This document shows, in pieces, positions 24,730 to 38,494 of a DNA stretch of 64,000 nt (positions within the stretch are counted from its first letter, which is position 1; each line of letters opens with the position of its first letter). Position numbers and translations under genes: made by a program. Below the pieces are notes generated by a model. The model did not search any database. It was not told the origin of the DNA and saw only the letters and a list, made by a program, of their open reading frames with translations. Source of the stretch: Octopus sinensis (taxonomy: Eukaryota); contig NC_042997.1 in NCBI RefSeq assembly GCF_006345805.1, positions 156,488,001-156,552,000 on the forward strand, written 5' to 3'.

Positions 24730-27112
24730 ACACACACTCAAATGCATTTATACAAACAATGACAGATTGACAGGCAGATATTTAATACACACACACAAGC
24801 ATGTATATACATAATATAATGTGAAAAGATAAAGTTCCCTAAAGTTTTAGCCTTAGTTAACTCACTACCACTTTCTTCTATTTATCTGTAAGGACAAACT
24901 CAAACAGGTAGAATGAAATATTGATTGCAACAAGCAAACTGACAGGTTTCAGCAAGAAATACCTGTATCCCTTCATCAGATGAGCATCTTTGAAATTTCC
25001 AAAGAATTCCTATGAATCAATATTTTCGCCTGAGGCTTTCATGAGCTGACATCGTGTTAATCTTGTACTGTCACAGTTGAAATCTAGTGAAGATATTAAT
25101 CTCTCAGCATTCACTTTTTACTTTTTTCTTCAGTGATGTGTGAGGATATGCCAATAACTTCCTATATCATGAGAAGTTATAACTTCTAACTTGTTATTAA
25201 TAAACCAGCTAGTGAGCCCCTATGTAATCACCTGACCTACTACAAATAGCAGCCAAATTTATCCTCAAATTACCATTCTGGAATGGAAGGGAACCACTGG
25301 AGAAAGGATACAGATCAAGAACTATATTAGATAATGGAGTCTTAGATATGTAATGCTCGAGAGAAGAACAGGATGGTTATAACTAAAATGTTTTATCATA
25401 GATCTGCTCAATCAAGGTTGAACTGGAACTAAACAAGTTATTAAAATTTTGTCTAAGAGGACTGCAAAAGCTCTATACACAGTCCCTTCCTCCAAACCAA
25501 ATCAATGAAAATAAGGAAATATGTCAGAGATGTCAGTGTAATAAAAATAGAAAAAGAAAAATATTATGAAACTGCTTAATTTCTAAAAGGAAAAAGATGA
25601 ATTTGCTTAGACTTTTTATTTTTTCTTTAATAGAGCAGAAGAAATAGTTGAATCAGAAAACAACCATATATGGTACATTACTACCTCACAATTCTGAGAT
25701 CAAATCCCACCAGATCCAAATTTTTCTTCCTTTCCTAAGTGGATAAAGTAAGTACTGCTTTTATGTCAAGTCATATTAATCGACTGTAGAGCACAAAATT
25801 GATCAGTATTATATCTGATCAAAATAAATCAATCAGTTTACATCCATTTTCTTTTCTTCAACACTGACTGATTTATATAGTTTTATGAATATATTTGTAT
25901 GAATTACTGTCTCAAATATTTTCCTCATGTAATACCAATCAGTCATATGTGATATATTTTAATGAAATTCATTTATAAACTTGAAAATGACAGTAACAAC
26001 AGCTCAACAATGAACTACTCCTACCTTTTTTCAAACTGCAAGCAGAGAGAACCTCACTAAATGAATCAGATAATACTGAGGGATGTTTCCATTAGATTTT
26101 ATTAATAAAAAGTAAACATTTGGCACAGATATAACTGAGTGGTTAAGAGGCTCATTTTGCAGCCATGTGGTTTTGGGTTCAGTCCCACCACATGGCACTT
26201 GTGGTAAATGTGTTCTACTATAGCTTCAGGTCAATCAATACAGTGTGAGTGAATTTAGTAGATAGAAACTGTATGGAATCCTGTTGTGTATACGTGTTTG
26301 TGTAAATACACACACACGCACACACACAACTTTGTGTTGGTGTTTGTCTCCTCCACTGCTTGACAACTGGTGTTGGTTTGTTTGTTTGTGTCTTTGTAAC
26401 TTAGTAGTTCAGCAAAGAGACTGACAGAATAAGTACCAGGCTTAAAAAATGTCCTGGGGTTGACTCGTTCAACTAAACCCTTCAAGTCAGTGCTCCAGTA
26501 TAGCCACAATCTGATGACTGAAACAAGTAACATAAAAAATTTGAGTAAAGGTTAATCACAGTTGTACTCAGAAACTGACCTCAACATTTTTTTTATTCTG
26601 AAATTCAATGCCTTACTTACTCAACCATACTGACATTTTGTTCTTAAAGACCAGGTTTATTAAATTGGAGTATTGCTTTATAACCAAAAATGTTTTTAAT
26701 ATGAAAGAAAAAAAATGTACAATGGTTTTGTCAAATATCTTTCATTAAAGATACCTTAAATCCAAGATTTTAAATGACAGCTTCAAGAATTATTGAATGT
26801 GTTCAGTGAAAAGTGAAACACAAGTCAATGAAAAAATTTGCTAGGCATTGCAGACATCAAGTGACTGTTCCAAGAATTATTTTTAAAAATAATTTGGTGT
26901 GGTTTTCACTAGTCATTAGTAACTTTGGAGTTTATACTCATCCCCTAGATATTCCTGAAACAGTACAAAATTTCACTTACCACCTCTTAGCTTCATTAGC
27001 CTACTCAATGAAATTCAGGTTCTCCAAGGGCATGTCATTTTCTTGAGGAACTTCCTGTGTTCTACTTGCCTTCAAACTATGCTTTTTTTACTCTTTTCTT
27101 TTCTTACTTTCT

Positions 27113-27148
<36 letters not shown>

Positions 27149-27791
27149 TCACACACGTACAGGGGTTCTTCTACTTTCCAGCTACTAATATCCACTCACA
27201 AAATACTAGTAAACCCACAGCTGTAGCAGATGACACTAAGACACAAGCCAAAAGCATCCACATCATGGGAGAGAACACCCAAGCCATGACATTACAAAAT
27301 GAATGTCTTAACCACATAGCCATGTCAGCACCCTCAACTATGATCATCTACTGTTATCCATCACCACCCAATTCTCTATTTCGTACTACCCTATTTAGAC
27401 AATAGGTTATGATGTCATTCAGCCTCCTCACTCATGAGTAGCAAATGGGCTTCCTGTCCTGTACTACCACTGACATCTCTCTCTTCCCACTATGGAATAT
27501 TCCAGTATAGCCATGTTATCTTCAGGTGGTTGTCAGAACTGGTATGTCCATGCAAAATCCACCTAACCACAAGTTGATGTGAGTCACACACTTGACTTCT
27601 CAGTGATGTTGTGTAAAACTAACTCAAAATCAAAGGTCCTAATCAACACCAATGTCTGTGACCATAACTGATGTGTTTCTCTTGCCCATAAATTGCAATA
27701 TCATCCTGTAGGTAGGCACACTCACACACATAGTCCTATATATATGTATAAATGTATTTATGTACATATGTATCTGTCTATCTATCTATAT

Positions 27792-27828
<37 letters not shown>

Positions 27829-28096
27829 TAGCAATTATGCAAAAGTGTAAGTCCAAAACATTGCTTATCCAGAAAATGAAAAAATAGCTTTGTCATTCCA
27901 TAGCAAAATCATTGTACTACAATTTGACAATTTTTGATATCTTAGCATTTGAAGCAGCTGGAGTTATAATAGTTTGAGCAAAAGAACCAGCTATTGCAAC
28001 CAAAAATAAATATTTAATAAAACTACCTGTAGGTAGGCATGTAAGTCACTAGACCTTCCTACCTTCTCACTTCAGTCTTACATAATAAATATATGC
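23800..28096. repeat. ~280-bp inverted repeat pair (23800-24080 and 27822-28096)
   Basis: The two segments align as reverse complements at roughly 85-90% identity by eye. Confidence 0.88.
26145..26535 (+). mobile_element. Older SINE family A copy
   Basis: Full head-core-tail layout, more diverged. Confidence 0.85.
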
Positions 28097-28849
28097 TTCC
28101 AAATGCTCTTCCTCTGCCACAAACCAGCCAAGTCTCCTTCCAAATGTACACAACACCTCTATTTTCTTCTTTTGTCTGTAATTGACCCATATCTATTTCT
28201 TTCTAGCTCACAAAAGAGAAATTGCTACTATTATTGCGTTGTTACTGTCCCAAGTTTGCATTTTCACCACTTTTGTGCTTCTCAAACTATAACTCCTTTA
28301 TGCTTATAGCAGGGACTATTTTTATGTCATTCTTGCTTTTAAAAAAATTTTTTTTTATTGTCTCTATTTTACAAAAATTTAAGGATGTGCTCACTGCTAC
28401 CTTCATCAAGTCCAGTTCCTCTCACTGCTCCTACAGAGATGGATATTTTGAACCACTAACAAACAAAACAAAATGGATGCTTGCCCAAAATATATATATA
28501 TATACAATAAAATTACTAAGGATGAATCTTCTTTTCCGCCTAACAGAGTGGACATTTAAATATTCTGAAGTTCTTTGTTGATGAAAGGAATGCTTTTTCA
28601 TCAAGAAGTCCCAGAAGAAATTAACTTCTATATAGAGCTCTGTGAAATGCATGCATTCACAACAAACAACAATAATTATTATAACAGCAATTGTTAACCT
28701 TGCACACTTTCACACAGGCTTTTCAAGAGGTATCTAATTCTTGTTTTAAGAAAAGAAACTCTTGATGTGTTTTATCAAACTATGAATGATAAAGAAAATG
28801 AAAAAAAAAAAGAAAAAAACAAACTTGCATGGAACTCTTGAAAAGATAA

Positions 28850-29650
28850 AATAATAATATTGATTTCTTTCATAGGAACAAGGCCACTAATTGTGAAGGA
28901 GGAATATAGTTGATTGAATTGATTCCAGTATTTGGCTGGTACTTTATTTTATTGATCTTGAAAAGATAAGAAGCAAAGAGAACCTCAATGGGATTCGAAA
29001 TCAGATTGTAAATGGACATAACTGAATATGGTCAGGAATTAAATCAGACTTCTATATTCCTGCTATCTACAATAATTATAATAATGGTTTCAGAATTTAG
29101 TACAAGGCCAGCAATTTTAAGGGTAGAATAGGGTTAGTTGACTGCATCAACTCTAATATTTGGCTGGTACTTTATTTGATTGATCCACAAATGGGTGGAA
29201 AGCAACGTTGACCTCAGTGGGACTAGAGCACATAATGTAAAGAGCTGGAAGAATTTCTGCTAAGCATTTTGTCCAACACATTAGTGATTCTACCAGCTAA
29301 CTGCCTTAAAGATAATAATAATAATAGTTCCAAATTTTGGCACAAGGCCAATAATTTTTGAGGGGAAGGGGTTTAGTTGATACCAGTGATCCGAGTACTT
29401 GGTTGATACTCCCTCCCCACAAAATTGCTAGCTTTGTATCTGTTAGAAACAACAACAATAATGTCGGTGGTGGTAACAACAACAACAATAACATCCCTTT
29501 CTACTGTAGGCACAAGGCCTGAAATTTTAGGGGAGGGGGTTAATCAATTTTATCAGTCCCAGTATTTGATTGGTATTTAATTTATCAATCCCAAAACGAT
29601 GAATGGCAAAGTTGACCTTGGTGATATTTGAACTGAGGATGTAATAATAA
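28850..29650 (-). mobile_element. Tandem cluster of old SINE family B copies with (AAT/AAC)n spacers
   Basis: About four head-to-tail units starting ggcacaaggcc and carrying the core motif. Confidence 0.8.
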
Positions 29651-30602
29651 TAAATTTCTTTATTAATAATTTTTTTTGATTATATATAATAACTTTAAGA
29701 TTTTTTTTATTAGTTATGAAAAACAAATAGAAGAGCTTCAATTTATATTTCATCTTCAGAATTAATCATATTTCAGAATGAATGTATATTAATGCTAAAA
29801 AGAAAATGCAGAAACTATAAAAACTCATGATTCATTCTATAAAACTGAAATCAAAGAACAGAGTCTCCTGCTTTCTCCATGTTCAATAAACTCTAAAAGT
29901 TTTAATGCAGAAGAAAGAAAAAAAAATGCACCTTATTCATGGAATGTATGCAAAAGCTCATTATGCAAGGAATGCATTTCAGAGTTAGTTTACGATTTGG
30001 TTCCAGTGTTTCTCTGACTCACTCCCCCTTGCCTACCTGGAATAAATTGTTCGAACCATTCTAAGTTTGACTCAGATGAGGCTCACCACTCACACACACT
30101 ATGTTTAACTGCCTGGGGGCAGTAGCTAATGCTTGTTTGTTATTCTTTTCCTTTTGTTTGTTTTTATCAACAAAGATGCATATCCCAAGAAACTGCAGCA
30201 AACTTCCTTTATATGGATACCAGGAGACACAGAATTGCTAACATTTTTAAAACAAGAAACAAAAAGCAATTTCAAATCTGATGTAACAAATTACACTTCG
30301 ACCATTGTCATGAATAAATGTATGTGCTAGAATCAAATTAGTTTATTATATGTTGTTTTGTGGGTTTCTTATTGAGCAGAAGAGGTTTTACAGAGATGAC
30401 ATATACCCAGCAAAGTATGTGTACAGGCAGCTAATGGCTATATAATCACACACACACACCCTCCGTACACTTATTTACATAAATTATTCAACTAAACATG
30501 TATATAAAAAAAAATAAGAATAATTCAATAAGGTCATTCATTCATTCATTCTTTCACACACACAGACACACATTAGCATGCATGCTGCATGCACGCACAC
30601 AT

Positions 30603-30670
<68 letters not shown>

Positions 30671-31382
30671 ACACACACGCGGTTTTGCTAATTCTTAAAG
30701 TAGTTTTTCATATTCAAGTTCAAAACAAGTTTTGTGGCTATATTTACAGCTCAATGCTTTTCCTTACAAATAATTCTCTTGTTATAGACACCACTGTTTA
30801 TATCAAGCATATCTTTATCTTCTCTGAACACTGTCAGATTCCTTTCCTCACTGAATGCTTCACTTTCTATTCTAGTCTTGTTGCCAATTGACTTGATCAC
30901 AAGCTCATGAAGAAGCCTTATGTATGAACACACTCAATTGGCTAAAAATAGCAACCAAATGTCACCCAAATTATACTCTATTATCTTGAGAAAACTTAAA
31001 ACATTGAATAATGTAATCCTTGATACACTATTCTTGAAAACATAACAGACTGGTGGGAAGCGGAATGTCTCTGGTCATAGGGTTACTCAATTGAGGCTGA
31101 TCTGGAGCAAAACAACAATTTGCCTTGTCTCTCCTACTCCCTCCCAACCAACAGACTTATTGAAACCTTATACATATTGCTTCATACAGTTATAAATATT
31201 CATTCTGAAAGGTGAATCTTAAAATAGATAAAGCTATAAATAATTGTATGTAAATATTGGGTTTAAAATAACTTTGGATTAAAAAAGTCAAAGACTGGTT
31301 GTGGAAAGTGCAAATTACATATTCTTTTTTCCTGATACTATCAGGTCATTCCATAAGTTCTGTCCAATTTTATCTTTTTTAA

Positions 31383-31601
31383 CCCTTTAGTGTTCAGATT
31401 ATTCTATCAAACATAATGCTTATTGATTCACATTGATTTGAATTAATCATGCATTATCTCATATCTTCAAGGTCTTGGTGGTGTAATTACTTAATGTAGA
31501 ATAACATTGTAGGGTAGGTGTGAGGGCCTGGATCTGGTCAGTTTGAACATAAAACAGATTAAATATTTTGGCCAGATATGGCCAGTTTAAATACTAAAGG
31601 G
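31383..31601. mobile_element. piggyBac-type MITE, family 2, nested in the mariner 5' region
   Basis: TTAA on both flanks; TIRs ccctttagtgtt / aatactaaaggg; second copy at 33210-33429. Confidence 0.9.
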
Positions 31602-31882
31602 TTAAAATTGAATGGAATTTAATAGTATTTTAGAATGTCTAATGGAATTAAAAATTATTTTTATGCATTTGTGTACATTTAAACTAATTAAATATCATTT
31701 TACAGAATAATAGAATTAAAATTTCTTTGATTAAAACCCTTTATAACATGGGAGTATCCAAAGAGCATTTGAGGCACATAATACTTTATGAGTACAAAAA
31801 AAGGAAACTCTGCAGCCGAAGTGCCTCGAAACATACACTCAGTTTATGGGAAAGAATGCTTGAATGAAAGAACTTGCAGAAG

Positions 31883-31883
<1 letters not shown>

Positions 31884-31927
<44 letters not shown>

Positions 31928-32103
31928 GTTTAACGTCTACTTTCCATGCTAGCATGGGTTGGACGATTTGACTGAGGACTGGCGAACCAGATGGTTGCAC
32001 CAGATTCCAATCTTGATCTGGCAGAGTTTCTACAGCTCGATGCCCTTCCTAATGCCAACCACTCCAAGAGTGTAGTGGGAGCTTTTACGTGCCACCAGCA
32101 CGT
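31884..32103 (-). mobile_element. RTE LINE 3' tail inserted in the mariner ORF
   Basis: (CAT)n followed by the reverse complement of the 40960-41130 tail. Confidence 0.9.
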
Positions 32104-33209
32104 GAAGATTTCAGCCTTGAAGATGAAGATCGAACAGGCCATCCAGTTGAGTTTGATGATAAGCTCCTTGAGGCATTACATGAAAAAAATCATGCATTAT
32201 CAGTTTAAGAATTGGTAATAAAGCTTAGTTCAAACCATACAACTGTTCATCATCATCTTCAACAACTTAGAAAGGTTACTAAACTTGGAAAATGTGTACT
32301 TCATGAATTGTCCGAAAGCAACTGCAAATCCCAAGTTGACATCTGCTCTTCTCTCCATTCTCGCGAACTCATTTCACCCTTTTTGGATAGACTTGCGACT
32401 GGTGACGAAAAATGGATCTTCTATTGAAATGTTAAATGTCGTAAACAGTGGCTTGGTAAAATGGAATAAGCTCAACCACAACCAAGAAGGGAACTTCATG
32501 GAAAAAAAGTTCTTCTCTCTATCTGGTGGGATTGCAAAGGAGTAATTCACTTCGAATTGTTACCACCTAATGCAACAATCAATGCTCAAGTCTACTGTCA
32601 GCAATTAGAGTATTTGAATCAAGCTTTGAAGGTAAAAAGACCCACTTTAGTGAATCAAAAAAGAGTGATGTTTCATCAGGACAATGCGCGATCCCACACT
32701 GCAAAGATCACATCACAGAAGATCAAAGAACTTGGTTGGAAAAAATTCCTCATCCAACTTATTCTCCCGACCTTGCTCCTTCAGACTACCATTTGTTTTT
32801 GTAGTTTACAGAATGGTTTTGGGGACATAACTTTCGCAAGCCAGGAGGAGATCGAAGCTGACATTTCAGAGTTCTTCGCTTTAAAACCAAAAAAGTTTGT
32901 TAGTCCCAAGTTACACCTGATTGAGTAAACCTATGATCATGACATTCCACTTCTAATCATTTCATCTTTTTGTATATCTCAGAGTACAATGTGCCCTTCC
33001 CTTATTTTTTTAAAGATAATAGGATGGTGTAATTTGAGCCTAGCATTGACTCATATAGATGCTCTTAAAATGGTTCAAATTCTCTGTTTTTAAACAGAAA
33101 CATTTTTTGCCTACTGGCCTACTCAAGTGATCTCTTAGAAACTATCCTTTCTAAATGAACTTGTAGGTTAATTGGAAATACATTTGTAGATTAACTGGAA
33201 TACATCTAA

Positions 33210-33429
33210 CCCTTTAGCATTCAGAATACTCTGTGAAATGTAATGCTTATTTATTGACATTGTTTTGAATTAATCATGCATTATCTTGTAACTTCAAGAT
33301 TTTGATGATGTGATTGTTTATTTTTAGAATGTCACTGTAGGGTAGATGTGAGTGGTCAGCTCTGCTCAATTTGAACATAAAACAGGTAGAATATTTAGGA
33401 TTGATATGACCAGTTTAAACATTATAAGG
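33210..33429. mobile_element. piggyBac-type MITE, family 2
   Basis: Colinear with 31383-31601; CTAA/TTAA flanks. Confidence 0.85.
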
Positions 33430-33648
33430 TTAAAAATGAACAGGGAAGAATAATGGAACGGAATGAGAATGAACACTGATAGGTAATCATTAAAAAGAGG
33501 TTAATGCCTAAGTATGACTGGAAGCGAGCAGCCTAACAAAAGCCAGCCTGGTTTTTTGATTCTTATAAATTCTGATATTAATGGTATATTGATTAGAGGT
33601 CTTCTTCAACCATGCCTCCCACCAGTGAACACACACACATACACACTA

Positions 33649-33704
<56 letters not shown>

Positions 33705-34042
33705 CCTCTCTCTATTTCTATTTCCCTTAACAACCAGTTTTGTAAGTATTATCTATAAAAGACATTCTAATTACTGTTCTGAATATTTGATCTTTACAGA
33801 AAGATTAATTTAAAGAATACTTCATTCATGATTGGACAATGATGATAATTATTCTTTACATCAGTAAAAAAAAAAACACACATTTGTCTGTGAGTCAGAA
33901 TAAACCCAGTATATAACTGGTATGTGTTTTGTCAAGTATGGAGGAATGAAAGACTGAGTTGACTCCAGTAAAAAAAATAATTAAATGAAATACTCTAAAG
34001 CATTTAGTATAGCAAATTATTATTCATGTTACACATCTGTCT

Positions 34043-34298
34043 AATAATAATAATCCTTTCTAATTATAGGCTCAAGGCCTGAAATATACATGGAAGGGGC
34101 TAGTTAATTATATCACCCCCAGGACTTAGATAGTCCTTATTCTTTTAATCCTGAAAGGATGAAAGGCAAAGTTTCCCTCCACCCCACTTCAATGGGATTT
34201 AAACTCAAAACATAAAGCATTAGAAGAAATGTTGTCAGTATTTTATCTGACACACTAACGATTCTACCAGCTCACGACCTTAATAATAATAATAAAAA

Positions 34299-34363
<65 letters not shown>

Positions 34364-35355
34364 TAATAATAATAATAATAATAATAATGATAATAACAAT
34401 GGTTTCAAATTTTGCCACAAGGGTAGCAATTTTGGGGGAAGGGATGAGTTGATTCCATTGACCCCAGTGTTCAACTGGTACTTGTTTTATTGACCCCAAA
34501 AAGATGAAATGCAAAGTCAACCTTGGTAGAATTTGAACTCAGAACATATCAACTGGTGAAATACTGCTAAGCATTTTGTCCAACATGCTTATGATTTTGC
34601 CAGCTTGCTGCCTTAATAATAATGATGATGACGATGACGAGGAGAAGTAGGAGTAGGAGGATTTCAAATTTTGGCACAAGGCCAGTAACTCTGGGGGAGG
34701 TAATTTCAGTTTACCACCTAATAATGATGATAAAGAATAATAATAATATTAATAACAACAACAATAATAATCCTGTCTACTATAGGCACAAGGCTTGAAA
34801 TTTTGTGGGGAGGGGCTCTTTAATTATGTCAACCCCAGTTCTTAAATTATCAGTTCCAAAAGAATGAAAGGTAAAGTTGACCTTTGGAAAATTTGATCTC
34901 AGGCTCTAACATCAGATAAAATGTTAGAAAGCATTTTGTCTGGCATGCTAACAATTCTGCCACCCCACCACCTTAATTAATAATAATAAAATTGATTTCA
35001 AATTTTGGCACAAGGTCAATCCTTCCAACTAAAGGCACAAGGCCTGAAATTTTGGGGAGAGGACTAGTCAATTACATCAACCTCAGTGTTTCACTGGTAC
35101 TTAATTTACTGACCCCAAAAGGATGAAAGGCAAAGTCAACCTCGGCAGAATTTAAAATCAGACAAAATGCTCTCCGGGGATAGGGGTAAGTCGGTTACAT
35201 TGATCCCAGAGCTCAACTGGCACTTATTTTATTGACCCTGAAAGGATGAAAGATAAAGTCAACAGCAGAAGAATTTCAATTCCAAGCATAAAGACAGATG
35301 AAATACTTAATGGCATTTTGGCCAGCATGTTAAAGATTCTTCCAGCTTGCCACGT
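34043..35355 (-). mobile_element. Tandem array of SINE family B copies (about five near-complete plus fragments) in (AAT)n
   Basis: All in the same orientation and separated mostly by (AAT)n runs. Confidence 0.88.
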
Positions 35356-35404
35356 TAATAATAATAATGATAATAATAATAATAATAATAATAATATTAA
35401 TAAT

Positions 35405-35468
<64 letters not shown>

Positions 35469-35471
<3 letters not shown>

Positions 35472-35931
35472 GATGGGCTACAGCAAATATTCTGCTCAAT
35501 ACCACAGATTTGCCTGTCAGTTGTTTGACCTTAACCAGTTGAGCATGTCCCTTAGTGGCTGACACTATGTGCATCTCTGATCATGAGCAGAAGTAGTGGA
35601 GAAGCATCATAGCCATGTGTTGAGAGGGATTCTTTGGGGTTTGAATAATTCACCTCTGGAAACAGGATGTTTCGTTCAACATCCTTAAACAACCCTTATT
35701 CAGGGACCTTTTGAGTGGGATGGGCTACTCGACCAGAAGAAAATTCTAACTGAGCCCCAACTGCAAGGTCATGTGCTGTTTATCTTGGTATAAGATCACC
35801 ATATCGCGCACATATGGTAGTGATTCATGTGCCTAGTGTACCCTTATCAGACGGGTAGTCATGATGGGTATACTGGGCTTTGTATATTTTACCCCAGTGT
35901 CACTTTGCTGGCATGTATTGCTCTCTCACTC
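35469..35931. mobile_element. Unclassified ~460-bp element embedded between two (AAT)n tracts
   Basis: Sharp boundaries with (AAT)n at 35356-35468 and 35932-36002; higher GC than flanks; no ORF recognised. Confidence 0.6.
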
Positions 35932-35984
<53 letters not shown>

Positions 35985-36124
35985 TAATAATAATAATAAT
36001 AACTTCAAATTTTGGCACAAGACCAGCAATTTTAAGAGGGAAGGGTAAGTTGACTACATCAAACTTAACTGGTACTTCACTTTATCAACCTCAAAAGGTT
36101 AAAAGGCAAAGTCAATACTAATTT

Positions 36125-37860
36125 GTTTTTTTTTGTCACTGGGACAATGGATAAGGGTCAACCACATGGACACACATAAAATATACAAATGCACATATAA
36201 CATCAAATCGAAAAAATTAAATACAAGTATACTCAAGTATACAAATATGATGATAATAAAGCAGCCATCCTGCTAAAAAGTACCTTCATCTAGGGCCAAT
36301 CCAAGAACCCCACAAATTCAAGACTACCTTGAACATGAAGGACAAGCACCCTCTCCAAAAGTCATTCTCTGACCTATAGGCATAAGCTTAGAGTGGTTCT
36401 ATCTATTCTTGTCATTTTTGCCATTTTCACTTACCTTTTGAAAAACTTTCTCATGGACAACACCTCCCTCTCCTTCCTTTTCAAGTGAAGCTAAAAAAAG
36501 TCAATAAGAGTTTGACCAAAGAGGACAAAAATATATGTCCTCAGACCATTCAGTGTCATCCAGCACACAACCTTTTTCACAACAAACAGAGGAAGATTGC
36601 CTTCCACATCCAGTTAAAGAAGGGCAGTGGAGCAATTACCACAATGCTCTTGGCTGAGAGCTGAATCTGTTTTACACACATCAGCAGCTGTTTGGTATAA
36701 CTCTATAATTAGCAATATAATCAGCAATTCCCAAACACTGAACAGTGCATTCAGAACAGTTTCATTGTCCTGTGCACATCTTGGATAAGTTCATCAGACA
36801 GCACTTCCATGCATATAGAGTTTATCTTGAACTGGTAGAAGCCCTCGGCAGCACTGCCAGGCCAAGGACATCAGCAGTCATGGTGTGCCAAGCCCATCAC
36901 ACCAATGGAGCTGGTGGCAGATTATTGCTTGATCAGTCAAAAAGTTAAAGAATAAGTACTCCAAGAAGGTCAGATGAAAACTAAGGTAGGGCATGATGGC
37001 CAGGTGTTAAATGATTACAGAGGTGATACAAGGACTTTCCACTTCTGCCCAACCTTTCTGTCAGCACATTTCTTGAGTGAGACTAGCCATACTGGCCATC
37101 CTGCTCATCACCTCATCTCAGTTTTGGTCCACCCACAACTGGGTACAGTTTCAGAATGGTCTTATGGTTTTGAGAGGTCATAAGGACTTGCAGATCCATG
37201 CTGATCTTTCCTCAACACATCATTCCCCATCTCTTTCGCTCTCACAGCCCACCCATATTGTGCTATAAAGGTGACAAGCCAAGGATTACTGCCACTCACA
37301 ATGCCCTTCACTATCACCCTTGTGTTGCACTAAGCCATATGTTATGGTACAAGTGTATGGGCAGGTGCGGATCTTACCACTTCAGCCTGCTACTTGGCCT
37401 CTTCTTCAACAGAAATGCTTTGCTACAAGGTGGCGAGCTGGCAGAAACGTTAGCACTCCGGGTGAAATGCTTAGCTGTATTCTGTCTGCCGTTACGTTCT
37501 GTGTTCAAATTCCGCCGAGGTTGACTTTGCCTTTCATCCTTTCAGTACCAGTTACACACTGGGGGCGATGTAACCGACTTAATCCTTTTGTCTGTCCTTG
37601 TTTGTCCCCTCTATGTTTAGCCCTTTGTGAGCAATAAAGAAATAAGAAGTGCTTTGCTATGTTCAATGGACAGATATTGTTCTATAAATCTGCCTGTGCC
37701 AGTTTCAATTCATCTTTTGATTTTTAGGGTACACACAAAAGGTGCCTCCTATTCTTGGATAAGGGGAGCATATTTTTTCATGATGTAGTCCTGTCAAGCT
37801 TGTGTTTCTAACAGGAAACTCTCAAGTCAGAATCTCTCTGTTGGCTGCATTGCTTGCTAG
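36125..37860 (-). pseudogene. Degraded L1/Tx1-type LINE 3' region
   Basis: Minus strand near 36870-36735 reads LAWQCCRG.LPVQDKLY.HGS...YPRCAQDNETVLNAL, a zf-RVT/CCHC-like C-terminus; T-rich tail at 36125; the upstream limit is uncertain. Confidence 0.7.
37426..37644 (+). mobile_element. Full-length SINE family B with 15-bp TSD
   Basis: TSD agaaatgctttgcta (37411-37425) / agaagtgctttgcta (37645-37659); A and B boxes; tail ends aataaagaaata. Confidence 0.93.
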
Positions 37861-38494
37861 CATGTATATGAAAAGCTTTGTGTTGCTACTGTTATTGTTG
37901 TTGTTGATTTGAGTCTTCAAATCAACTCTCATTTACGTCAAAAACACCAGATATATATTTTTTTTACATTAGTATTTTCTTTTATAAACTTTTTCTGTTT
38001 TCATGTGTTGTCTCTGTGAATGCATTTGTTCATTGAGAGGGCATGTCATGTTGACATTTTGTACTGAATGTCAGCTAGCAAAAAGATATTTTCAAAACGA
38101 CTGGGTTTTTTTTTTTTCCGACAGAAAATACGACAGTGAAAAAAATGAAGAAACAACCTCCTCAACTTCTTAATTAATAATTTTTCACAATGTGACTCAT
38201 AAACAATAATCCAATTTATTGAAACTTGGCAAAATGTAATCCATAAACTAAAGCACGAGCAAAGACGTCTTGCAAAAGTATAGCTCTCTGTAAAAAAACT
38301 GAAACCAAACTTACATCTTCAACAAAACCAAAATTAACAAAATGGCTGCTAGGTGGGAAAACATCATAATTCACAAAAACAAAAAGCATCAGAGACTTCC
38401 CCAAAGCTACATGTCTGTGACTTGTTCATAACAACCTCTGGAATTCTTTACTTAAGCATGTTTTTTCAGCAAAACTTGAACTACATAATATTAT

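Larger units (their letters stand above)
31339..32898 (+). pseudogene. Mariner (Mos1/Hsmar-type) transposon, 3'-truncated, with two nested insertions
   Basis: ORF from 31748 M..SKEHLRHIILYEY; KCVLHEL (WVPHEL), TGDEKW, HQDNARSH, YSPDLAPSDYHLF; frameshifts and stops; candidate left TIR near 31339-31370. Confidence 0.92.

Noticed and set aside
28572-28608. Hairpin ttgatgaaagg / tttttcatcaa as a miRNA candidate
   Set aside because: The stem is about 11 bp, too short for a pre-miRNA.
30176-30320. Open frame after a pyrimidine tract with a GTATGT donor
   Set aside because: AAG acceptor is weak and the peptide is unrecognised.
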